From the NCBI GenBank assembly GCA_036676495.1, contig JAKFCT010000094.1:1-62170 (forward strand): 62,170 nucleotides of DNA, read 5' to 3'. The notes beneath the pieces were generated by a model that searched no databases, was not told the DNA's origin, and was given only the letters and a program-made list of their open reading frames with translations. Source of the DNA: Candidatus Sericytochromatia bacterium. GTDB taxonomy: Bacteria > Cyanobacteriota > Sericytochromatia > S15B-MN24 > UBA4093. The translations under genes were made by a program, and so were the position numbers. This document shows, piece by piece, positions 38,974 to 49,256 of the stretch (its first letter is position 1; each line of letters starts with the position of its first letter).

Positions 38974-39156
38974 ATGACGATGTTACGCCCGAGTGACCTG
39001 GTGGGGAGGCAATTCCTGGTCCAGGCCCAGACTCCCATGGGGGTCTACCAGCGACTCATCAAGGCCTTCGACGCGCAAGACGCCCGGGAGCAGATGATGG
39101 CCTACCTCACGTCGGAAGGAATCCCGTACCACGATGTTAGCATTCAACCGTTCTAA
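38974..39156 (+). CDS. Small hypothetical protein (60 aa)
   Basis: Strong SD AAAGGAGGG; followed by its own terminator. Confidence 0.7.
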   Translation: MTMLRPSDLVGRQFLVQAQTPMGVYQRLIKAFDAQDAREQMMAYLTSEGIPYHDVSIQPF

Positions 39157-39197
39157 GGGCGCGCCCTGCCTGCCGTCCGCCCTCGGCAGTCCCCGCT

Positions 39198-39231
39198 AGC
39201 CGGTCCCCGTCGAGGGACCGGCTGCTTTTTT
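39198..39231 (+). terminator. Intrinsic terminator
   Basis: 10-bp stem + T6. Confidence 0.8.
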
Positions 39232-39246
39232 CGCGAAGAAGAGTGG

Positions 39247-39275
39247 TTGACAAGGGTTAAAGGCTGGGATAACAT
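39247..39275 (+). promoter_or_regulatory. tRNA promoter
   Basis: TTGACA-N17-TAACAT. Confidence 0.75.
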
Positions 39276-39294
39276 TGGGATTGCGATTGCGCAA

Positions 39295-39367
39295 GGGGCT
39301 GTAGCTCAGTTGGTAGAGCGCTTCAATGGCATTGAAGAGGTCAGGAGTTCGATTCTCCTCAGCTCCA
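39295..39367 (+). tRNA. tRNA-Ala (GGC)
   Basis: Cloverleaf; acceptor GGGGCTG/CAGCTCC with G3:U70; anticodon GGC; CCA not encoded. Confidence 0.97.
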
Positions 39368-39386
39368 CTTTAAAATTCCATAACCC

Positions 39387-39459
39387 GGGGACATAGCTCA
39401 GTTGGTAGAGCGCTTCAATGGCATTGAAGAGGTCAGGAGTTCGATTCTCCTTGTCTCCA
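39387..39459 (+). tRNA. tRNA-Ala (GGC), acceptor-stem variant
   Basis: Same body as the first copy; acceptor GGGGACA/TGTCTCC with G3:U70. Confidence 0.96.
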
Positions 39460-39462
39460 CTA

Positions 39463-39496
39463 GACCGGCGGTTTAACGACCGCCGGTCGTTTTTTT
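39463..39496 (+). terminator. Intrinsic terminator of the tRNA pair
   Basis: 10-bp stem gaccggcggt/accgccggtc + T7. Confidence 0.85.
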
Positions 39497-39569
39497 CCAG
39501 GATTCCTCGGGCCGTCCCCCCCATCAGGCGCGGAACGCGGTACACTGGTCAGCGGCAAACTCAGTTGGT

Positions 39570-39677
39570 TAGCGCCCGCGGCTGTTTCGTAAGGCAGCGA
39601 GCATTAGCCGTGACTGCACTATCAGGGGGTGAGATCGATGAGGCTCGCTGACCTGTAGAAACAACGTTAGCTTTAGA
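39570..39677 (+). ncRNA. Unassigned structured RNA-like element, copy B (speA leader)
   Basis: Homologous to 28650-28757; lies between a -10-like TACACT (39541-39546) and the speA SD. Confidence 0.6.
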
Positions 39678-39689
39678 GGGAGAGACGGG

Positions 39690-41615
<1,926 letters not shown>

Positions 41616-41634
41616 GCGGAAACATTCCCGAAAG

Positions 41635-41672
41635 CCACGAGCCGCGGACGCTGACGCGTCCGCGGCTCGTGG
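41635..41672. terminator. Hairpin between convergent genes
   Basis: 17-bp perfect stem. Confidence 0.6.
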
Positions 41673-41692
41673 TCGTTTGGATCCCTCGGGCG

Positions 41693-43432
41693 CTAGAGGG
41701 CGCCCAGGGGTTGCCGGCGGAAGGGATCTTGGGAGAGCAGGTCCGCGAACTGCGCCGCCGGTACAGGCCGGCTGTAGAAGAAGCCCTGGATCTCGTCGCA
41801 GCCCAGCTTTGCGAGCTGAGCGAGCTGCTGCTCCTCTTCGACTCCCTCGGCCACCACCTTCAGGTCGAGGTGGTGCGCCAGGTCGATGATGGCGCGGACG
41901 ATGGCCTCCGAGCTGCGATCGGTATCGAGGTCGCGGATGAACGTGCGATCGATCTTGAGGGCCTGGATGGGCAGGCGCTTGAGGTAACTCAGGGAGGAAT
42001 AGCCGGTGCCGAAATCGTCGATCGACAGGCGGACGTTCAGGCCGTTGAGCTGCTCGAGCAGTTCGACCGCGACGTCGAGGTTCTCCATCAAGAGCGACTC
42101 CGTCAGCTCCAGATCCAGCTGCTGAGGGGCCAGTCCCTTCTCCGAGAGGAGGTTCCGGACGGTCTCGGCGAGCTCCAGGTGCTTGAGGTGTCGCGCGGAA
42201 AGGTTGATGGCGATCCGGACCGGCTGCAAGCCGGCCTCCTGCCAATCGAGCGCCTGCTGGCTGGCCTTCTCGAGCACCCATTCGGTGATGGGGACGATCA
42301 GGCCCGTCTCTTCCGCGAGCGGGATGAACTGGGCGGGACTCACGAGGCCGAGGTCGGGGTGATTCCAGCGAATCAGGGCCTCGGCGCCGACAATCCGGCC
42401 GTCCTCGGGCGAAACCTGGGGCTGGTAGTGGATCAGCAGCTCATCCTGCTCGATGGCCTTGCGGAGGCTGTTTTCCAGGGCCAGGCGCTCGGCGGCGCGG
42501 GACGTGGCGTCGGGGGCGAAGTGCTGGTAGCTGTTGCGGACCTGCTTGGCCCGGTACATGGCGGTCTCGGCGTTCTGGACCAAGGACTCCGCGTCCTCGC
42601 CGTCGTGCGGGTAGACGCTGATGCCCGCGCTGGCGGTGAGGACGAACTCCTTCTCGTCGAGCAGGAAGGGCTCTTCCAGGGCCTCCAACAGGAGACGGGC
42701 CGTCTTGGGGGCCTCATGGACGTCGGCGAGGTCGCGCATGACCACGGCGAACTCGTCTCCGCCCATGCGCGCCAGGGTGGCGTCCTCGGGCAAGACCTCC
42801 GCCAAGCGCTCGGCGACCAGGGCGAGGATGCGATCGCCTCCGCCGTGCGTGAAGGACTCGTTGATCCGCTTGAAGTGGTCGAGGTCCAGCAGGATCATCG
42901 CGGCGTAGCGCCGGTAGGCGCGGGCGACTCCGATCGATTGCTGGAGCCGATCCAGGATGAGGGCCTTGTTGGGCAGCCCCGTCAACGGATCGACCGTGGC
43001 CATGGCGCAGAGCATCTGCTCGGCATTGCGGCGGAAGGTCGCATCGCGGACTCCCGTCACCACCACCACCCCATGCGGGGTTTGCAGGGGGCTCAGGCAG
43101 ATCTCCACCGGCACCTCACTGCCGTCCTTGCCCAGTCCGACCGTTTCGAGGGGCTGCCCCATGGGGCGGTTGTAGGGACGCTCGGCATAGCGGTTGCGAT
43201 GGACCTCGTGGCTGCCGCGCAGGCTCGCCGGGATCAAGGCTTCCACGGGCTGTCCCGTCAGCTCGCCGGGCTCGTAGCGGAAGATCCGCTCGCATTCGCG
43301 GTTGCTGTGGAGAATCCGTCCTTGCCCGTCCACCAGGAGCACTCCCTCCGGGACGGCCTCGAGGAGGACCTCCCAGTCGAGCTGCGAGAGACTTTGAATC
43401 AGCGGGGACTCCGTGAGACTTTCCGGGGTCAT
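41693..43432 (-). CDS. PAS-GGDEF-EAL protein
   Basis: Single PAS; RMGGDEF; AEALIRW; DDFGTGYSSL. Confidence 0.93.
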   Translation of the reverse strand: MTPESLTESPLIQSLSQLDWEVLLEAVPEGVLLVDGQGRILHSNRECERIFRYEPGELTGQPVEALIPASLRGSHEVHRNRYAERPYNRPMGQPLETVGLGKDGSEVPVEICLSPLQTPHGVVVVTGVRDATFRRNAEQMLCAMATVDPLTGLPNKALILDRLQQSIGVARAYRRYAAMILLDLDHFKRINESFTHGGGDRILALVAERLAEVLPEDATLARMGGDEFAVVMRDLADVHEAPKTARLLLEALEEPFLLDEKEFVLTASAGISVYPHDGEDAESLVQNAETAMYRAKQVRNSYQHFAPDATSRAAERLALENSLRKAIEQDELLIHYQPQVSPEDGRIVGAEALIRWNHPDLGLVSPAQFIPLAEETGLIVPITEWVLEKASQQALDWQEAGLQPVRIAINLSARHLKHLELAETVRNLLSEKGLAPQQLDLELTESLLMENLDVAVELLEQLNGLNVRLSIDDFGTGYSSLSYLKRLPIQALKIDRTFIRDLDTDRSSEAIVRAIIDLAHHLDLKVVAEGVEEEQQLAQLAKLGCDEIQGFFYSRPVPAAQFADLLSQDPFRRQPLGAL

Positions 43433-43527
43433 GGTGGTTACTCCTCCTAGCGACGCCTACTGCCATGATGGCGGCTGGCAGCCCCCTTCGCAGGGGCCAA
43501 ATGATTCAATCTCATGGGCGCGATGGC

Positions 43528-46119
43528 TTAATCTGTGGTTCGCCTCTCCCCCGACTTCGGCAAGCGGAACCAGAAGTGGCTCCCTTGCCCGGACTCCCCC
43601 GCGCTCTCGACGCCGATTTCTCCGCCGTGCGCCTCGACCAAGGCCTTGCAGATCCCGAGCCCCAGGCCGGTCCCGCCGGCCTCCCTTCCCGCCTCCAGCT
43701 GCACGAAGGCCTCGAAAAGCTTGGGAAGGTCTTCCGGGGCGATGCCGACCCCGGTGTCCCGGATGCGGCAGATCACGTGCCCCGGCGCGTCATGCAGGCT
43801 GACCCGGATCTCCCCGCCGGCGGGGGTGAACTTGATGGCATTGCCCAGCAGGTTGAGCAGGACCTGGGTCAGGCGCTGCTCATCGGCCCGGATCTCGGGA
43901 ATCCCCGGCGGGATCTCGCGCTGCAGGTGCAGTTGCTTGCGATCGAGCAAGGGGGTGAGCAGTTGCAAGGCGTTCTCGAGGGTAGCCGGAAGGCTCATGG
44001 GCTTTCGGACCAGCGTGAGCTTTCCGGCCTGAATCTGGCTCATGTCCAGCAAATCGCTCACGAGATGCAGCAAGGTCTTCGCGGCGCCGCGAATCTTCGC
44101 CAGGTAGTCCTTCTGAGCGGGGCTGACGGCCCCGATGACTCCCTCGCTGAGCAGCTCGGCAGCTCCCGTGACGATGGTCAGGGGGGTCTTGAACTCATGG
44201 GAGAGGGTGTTGATGAACTGGGTCTTGAGCGTGTCGCTCTGGCGCAAGGTCTCGATTTGCTCGCGCTGCAACCGCTGGTAGCGCGCGCGATCCGTGACGT
44301 CGACCCCCAGCACCAGCAAGCCCGTCACCTCTCCGTCGTTGTCGAAGACCGGGGTGAGGCTGAAGTCGAAGTACGCGTTCGGGCCCTCCTGGGCGGCCAC
44401 GGAGAGGGCGACGTCGCGGACCTCCGTGGGGGCATGCGTCTCCAGGATCCGGCGCAGCTCGGGCAGCAGCGCCCCGCGCAGGTCGCGGACGATCGAGTCG
44501 GCCAGATCCGCGCTGAGCTCGGCGAGTGAGCGTCCGAGCAACTCTCCGGGCCCGAGTCCGAAGCGCCGGGTGAACTCGGGGCTGATACGGCGAATCACCA
44601 TCCGCGTATCGAGGTACATCAAGGTTCCGGGCAGGTGCCTGATCAGCCCTTCCATGAAATTCCGCTCGAGCGCGAGCTCGGATGCATGGCGCTCGAGCTC
44701 GCGGTTGGCCACCTTCAATTGCTGGGTGCGCCGGATGACCTCCGCTTCGATGCGCTCGGCTTGGGCCTTCAGGTTCTGGTTGGCGAGCTCCAGGGCGTCC
44801 TTCCGACGGGCGAGCTCGTCCTCGGCGTGCTTGCGGGCGGTGATGTCCTCGAGCATGAGCAGGACCATCGGCGGGCTTTCGCCGGGGATCGGCAGCCTGG
44901 TCGCCGAGGCGCGGGCCCAGGCGATCGATCCGTCCGGAAGGGCGTAGCGTTGCTCGGCGTCGAAGTGCGGCTGCTCGCCTCCGAGGACCTCCTGAAAGCG
45001 GAGGGCCGCCTCGTCGCGAACCTCGGGATGAACCATGGCGAAGAGCGCTCCGGCATCGCGTCGGCAGGGCGGATAGCCGCGGAGACTCGAGGCCAGGGGG
45101 TTGCAGTCGAGATCGCAGGGGGGACTGCCGAGGAAGCGCAAGAAGGCCGGGTTGCAGTTGAGGATGCCTCCCAGGTGATCGACGAGGGCCATGCCGATCG
45201 GCGCGGATTCGAAGATGACGCGGAAGTTCTGCTCGTTCTGGCGGTGGTCGGCGATCGCCTGCTTGAAGCGGATCGACTGGCCGAGATGAGCTCCCAGGGT
45301 TTCCAGCAGGGCCTTGAGCTTCGCGTCTGGCGGAGGCATCGCGTGGCTGAGGAACGTGGCCACGCCCACGATCTCGCCCTGGTCTCGCAGCGGGAAGCCG
45401 ATGGCCGCCCTCAAGCCGGCGCGCGTGGCCGCCTCGGCCCGCACGAACTGCGTGTCGTCGGCCAGGTTCCCGAGCCAAATCAAGCGGCCCTCGTTCCAGA
45501 CCCGGCCCGGCAGGCTGGCTCCCATGGGGACCAGCAAGTGCTTGCCGAACTCCGCAAAGCTCGCCAACTCCGTCACGGGGCGATGCCAGGCCTCGATCAT
45601 GCGCATGGCCTTGATGGCCGGGTCGATCACCCAGACTTCTCCGACGGACCAGCCGAGGCTGTGGCAAATCGCCTCCAGGAAGCGGCCGATATTCTCGCCG
45701 GGGGACAGCGATTCGAGCATGGAATGGGCGACCGCCTGCTGAATTCGGAGGTTGCGCTCGGACTGCTTCCGGCCGCGGATGTCGCGCGACAGATCGAGCC
45801 AGACCGGCTCCGCCGCGTCGCGTCGCGGGAGGATCATGCGCGTCACCGCGACGTCGATCAGCCGACCGTCGCGGTGGCGCCGGAAGGTCTCGAAGCGCTC
45901 GGGAAGGGAGGCCATGGGCGTGGAGAGGGGGGCCGAGTCTGCGTAAAGCATGGAAATCGGGCGGTCCAGGATCTCATGCGTGCGGTAGCCGTAGAGGGCT
46001 TCCGCGGCGGGGTTCCAGTGGAGGATCCGCGCGTCGGCATCGACCAAGGCGACGGCGTCGTGGGTGAGGTCCAGGAGCGCCTCCAGGGTGGCGGCGGGCA
46101 GGCCCACGGGGGGATTCAT
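43528..46119 (-). CDS. Sensor histidine kinase (PAS-GAF-PAS-PAS-HisKA-HATPase)
   Basis: LSHEFKTP, NAIKFT, DTGVGI, GTGLGL; start uncertain. Confidence 0.92.
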   Translation of the reverse strand: MNPPVGLPAATLEALLDLTHDAVALVDADARILHWNPAAEALYGYRTHEILDRPISMLYADSAPLSTPMASLPERFETFRRHRDGRLIDVAVTRMILPRRDAAEPVWLDLSRDIRGRKQSERNLRIQQAVAHSMLESLSPGENIGRFLEAICHSLGWSVGEVWVIDPAIKAMRMIEAWHRPVTELASFAEFGKHLLVPMGASLPGRVWNEGRLIWLGNLADDTQFVRAEAATRAGLRAAIGFPLRDQGEIVGVATFLSHAMPPPDAKLKALLETLGAHLGQSIRFKQAIADHRQNEQNFRVIFESAPIGMALVDHLGGILNCNPAFLRFLGSPPCDLDCNPLASSLRGYPPCRRDAGALFAMVHPEVRDEAALRFQEVLGGEQPHFDAEQRYALPDGSIAWARASATRLPIPGESPPMVLLMLEDITARKHAEDELARRKDALELANQNLKAQAERIEAEVIRRTQQLKVANRELERHASELALERNFMEGLIRHLPGTLMYLDTRMVIRRISPEFTRRFGLGPGELLGRSLAELSADLADSIVRDLRGALLPELRRILETHAPTEVRDVALSVAAQEGPNAYFDFSLTPVFDNDGEVTGLLVLGVDVTDRARYQRLQREQIETLRQSDTLKTQFINTLSHEFKTPLTIVTGAAELLSEGVIGAVSPAQKDYLAKIRGAAKTLLHLVSDLLDMSQIQAGKLTLVRKPMSLPATLENALQLLTPLLDRKQLHLQREIPPGIPEIRADEQRLTQVLLNLLGNAIKFTPAGGEIRVSLHDAPGHVICRIRDTGVGIAPEDLPKLFEAFVQLEAGREAGGTGLGLGICKALVEAHGGEIGVESAGESGQGSHFWFRLPKSGERRTTD

Positions 46120-46230
46120 GACCCGCGCCGATCGGGCCAACGCGCGTCATGACCGGCGCTCGCGGCATTGGTGAATCGGCTAAACAAGGGTATAGTGGAA
46201 TCAAGTCCCATGGTGACCTCGGAGAACAGC

Positions 46231-46842
46231 ATGTCCAGTACCATACTATTTGTCGATGATGAAGCAGACATCAGGGAAATCCACGCAACGTGGCTGCGCA
46301 ACTCCGGCTACCAGGTGTTGACGGCGAGCAACGGGATGGAGGCGATCGCCCTCGCCAAGTCGACGGCGCTGGACGTGGTGATCACGGACCTCCGGATGCC
46401 GGGACTGTCGGGCCTGCACCTCTTGACCCTGCTCAAGGAGCTCTCTCCCCAGCTCGAGATCATCATCCTCTCGGGCCAGGGGACCATGGACGACGCCATC
46501 GCCGCCCTGCGCGAAGGACGCGCCTTCGACTTCCTGCGCAAGCCCCTCTCGGACCTGGGCCAGCTCAACCTGGCCATCGAGAAAGCCCTGAACCGCCGCG
46601 AGCACCTCGCGGCGATCCAGGGAGACGTCCGGTCGAGCGCATTGGCCTCCGAGACCCTCAGCAAGCGAGAGCTCGAAGTCATCACGCTGGTTTCTCAGGG
46701 ACTCGAGAACCGGGAGATCGGGCAAAAGCTCTGCATCAGCGACAAGACGGTCAAGAACCACCTCGCGCGGATCTACGAGAAGCTGGCGGTGACGAACCGA
46801 ACCAAGGCCGTCACCGTTTGCCAGCGAATGGGTTGGATTTAA
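46231..46842 (+). CDS. Response regulator, REC + LuxR HTH
   Basis: VDDE, ITDLRMPG, ISDKTVKNHLARIYEKL; divergent from the HK. Confidence 0.93.
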   Translation: MSSTILFVDDEADIREIHATWLRNSGYQVLTASNGMEAIALAKSTALDVVITDLRMPGLSGLHLLTLLKELSPQLEIIILSGQGTMDDAIAALREGRAFDFLRKPLSDLGQLNLAIEKALNRREHLAAIQGDVRSSALASETLSKRELEVITLVSQGLENREIGQKLCISDKTVKNHLARIYEKLAVTNRTKAVTVCQRMGWI

Positions 46843-46843
46843 A

Positions 46844-47902
46844 CTACTCGGCGAGCCCGTTCTGCGCGTAGTAGGCCGCCAGGGACTGCACCTGGTAGCG
46901 GTCGCGGCCGGTGGCGTGAACCGCGAGGCGTTCCGGCATGCCGCCGGACAGCGGCGAGACCGTGACTTCCATCGCCTCGGCGTACCCCCACTTGACCTCG
47001 GCCCGGGCCCAGTCGAAGGTGGGAAGCTTCTCTCCGCCCTTCGTCCGGGTCTCGACGTCCTGCTGGGCGGCGACCAGGGCCTCCAGCTTCCAGGTGGCGC
47101 GCTCGGTCCGGGGAATCGTCACCGTCTGGCCTGCCTTCAAGTACTTGCCGTTGACGGCTTGGAGATCCTTGACGTAGGCGTTGATCTCGGAAGACGAGGG
47201 GACGCCGTCGGGGCGGGTGGTGGCGGCGAAGCGGCGCGCCAGGCCCCAGTAGGTGTCTCCGGCCTTGGCCGTGATCCGCAGGGGCTGCTGGGAGGTGAGC
47301 GTCACCTCGCGGGGGGCTTCGGGGGCCTTCAGGGGAGCGATCTCGTAGAGGGAGCCGCCCGAGGTCGGACCGTATTCCCGGATGGCGAAGCCTTGCCGGC
47401 GATCGCCCTTGAGCGCGGGGACCGTCACCTCGATGGACTCGGCGTAGCCCCACTGAGCGTCGGCCTGGGACCAGTCGAACTCTGCGGCTTTCTTGCCGAG
47501 GTGCTTCTGGGCCGCCACCATGGCGGGAAGCTTCCAGGTGGCATGGTCCGTCATCGGCAGCACGAGGGCCTGGCCGACCCGGATCGTGGAGGACTTGCCG
47601 TTGGCGGCTTGGAGATCCTTGACGTAGGCGTTGATCTCGGTGGGCGAGGGGACGCCGTCGGGGCGGGTGGTGGCGGCGAAGCGGCGCGCGAGCCCCCAGT
47701 AGGTATCGCCGGCCTTGGCCGTGAGGGTGAGGGAGTCCTGGTCGGCGACCTTGACCCGCGCGGGGGCGGCGGCCATGGTCAGGGAATCGGCGTTCAAGCG
47801 GACCGGCGGGGCGGCCGGAGCGGACGGGGCAGCATTGAAACGGGAAGGGGACGCGACATTACGAACGGGGGCCGCCTCGGGGCGGGCGAAGAACAGGTTC
47901 AC
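46844..47902 (-). CDS. Protein with two tandem LysM-like + unknown-domain modules
   Basis: AKAGDTYWGLARRF...NG..GQxxxxP occurs twice, 150 aa apart; GTG start after GGAGGA. Confidence 0.75.
   Translation of the reverse strand: MNLFFARPEAAPVRNVASPSRFNAAPSAPAAPPVRLNADSLTMAAAPARVKVADQDSLTLTAKAGDTYWGLARRFAATTRPDGVPSPTEINAYVKDLQAANGKSSTIRVGQALVLPMTDHATWKLPAMVAAQKHLGKKAAEFDWSQADAQWGYAESIEVTVPALKGDRRQGFAIREYGPTSGGSLYEIAPLKAPEAPREVTLTSQQPLRITAKAGDTYWGLARRFAATTRPDGVPSSSEINAYVKDLQAVNGKYLKAGQTVTIPRTERATWKLEALVAAQQDVETRTKGGEKLPTFDWARAEVKWGYAEAMEVTVSPLSGGMPERLAVHATGRDRYQVQSLAAYYAQNGLAE
47143..47724. repeat. Intragenic direct repeat (47143-47274 and 47593-47724)
   Basis: Near-identical 132-nt blocks offset by 450 nt. 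Confidence 0.9.
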
Positions 47903-48056
47903 GGATCCTCCAAAAGGCACGTATCACAGGGATACGGGGTTATCCAGCCCCGGAGCTTAAGTCTTGCTTAAAGAGTTCTAAACCCGCCCGGGTGGCCTCC
48001 GGAAGGGATGCTTGGTAAAGTGAAGCGGATCCCCGAGACGAAGAGGAGGAAACCCG

Positions 48057-49100
48057 ATGCTCCCGACTCCCGCCTATGCGGCCCCCGCGGCGAACGCCCC
48101 CCTGGCTCCGGCCGTCATCGAGCGCCGGACGCCCGGTCCTCACGACGTGCTGATCGACATTCGCTACTGCGGCGTCTGCCATTCCGACCTCCATCAGGTG
48201 AAGGACGAGTGGGGCGGCGCGCGTTTTCCCATGGTGCCCGGCCATGAGATCGTGGGCACGGTGGCCCAGGTGGGCGCGGAGGTGCGCCGCTGGAAGGTCG
48301 GCGACACGGTGGGCGTGGGCTGCTTCGTGGACTCCTGCCGGGTCTGCGAGGCGTGCGAGGCCGGCGAGGAGCAGTACTGCGAGCGCGGCATGACCGGCAC
48401 GTACAACAGCCTGGAGCGCGACCGGAAGACTCCGACCTACGGGGGCTACTCCAGCCGGATCACGGTGGACGAGCGCTACGTCGTGCGGGTTCCGGAGTCG
48501 CTTCCGCTCGATCAAGCGGCTCCATTGCTTTGCGCGGGCATCACGACCTACTCTCCGCTGCGGCACTTCGGGGTGAAGGCGGGGGATCGGGTGGCCGTGG
48601 TGGGGCTCGGCGGCCTGGGGCACATGGGGGTGAAGCTCGCCAAGGCCATGGGCGCGCATGTGACGGTGCTCAGCCATTCTCCCGGCAAGCGCGAGGATGC
48701 GTTGCGGCTGGGGGCGGACGATTTCGTGGCCACGGGGGAGCCGGAGGCGTTCCGTCGGAATGCCAAGCGCTTCGACGTCATCCTGGACACGGTCTCGGCG
48801 GAGCATGACTACAACGCTTACTTGAGCCTCTTGAAGCGGGACGGGACCATGGTGCTGGTCGGGCTTCCCGAGGCGATGCCCCTGGAGGCGTCGTCGCTGA
48901 TCATGGGGCGGCGGCGGCTGGCGGGCTCGTTGATCGGCGGGATCCGGGAGACCCAGGAGATGCTGGATTTCTGCGCGGCGCACGGGGTGACGGCCGACGT
49001 GGAGGTGATCGCCATCGCGGACATCAACACGGCATACGAGCGGATGCTGAAGAGCGACGTCCGCTATCGCTTCGTCATCGACCTTTCGACCCTGCAGTAG
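48057..49100 (+). CDS. Zn-dependent NAD(P)H alcohol dehydrogenase (CAD/YahK-like)
   Basis: CGVCHSD, GHEIVG, structural Cys cluster, [15 protein letters not shown]. Confidence 0.95.
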   Translation: MLPTPAYAAPAANAPLAPAVIERRTPGPHDVLIDIRYCGVCHSDLHQVKDEWGGARFPMVPGHEIVGTVAQVGAEVRRWKVGDTVGVGCFVDSCRVCEACEAGEEQYCERGMTGTYNSLERDRKTPTYGGYSSRITVDERYVVRVPESLPLDQAAPLLCAGITTYSPLRHFGVKAGDRVAVVGLGGLGHMGVKLAKAMGAHVTVLSHSPGKREDALRLGADDFVATGEPEAFRRNAKRFDVILDTVSAEHDYNAYLSLLKRDGTMVLVGLPEAMPLEASSLIMGRRRLAGSLIGGIRETQEMLDFCAAHGVTADVEVIAIADINTAYERMLKSDVRYRFVIDLSTLQ

Positions 49101-49256
49101 CGATCGCGGGGCGTTCGGGAGCTTGCTCCCGTGCAAAGGGTCTCGGCAGCGCGCGGTCGCGCGGCGCCGAGACCCTTTGTCAAAAGCATCTCATCCCACG
49201 CGTTCGCGAACATGTCACAGTGGGGGGCGCGCCCATCGACTTGGAGGGGAAGCGGC

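Noticed and set aside
39558-39590. ctcagttggttagcgc resembles a tRNA D arm just upstream of motif B
   Set aside because: No acceptor stem, T arm or intron context found, and the equivalent position in copy A lacks it
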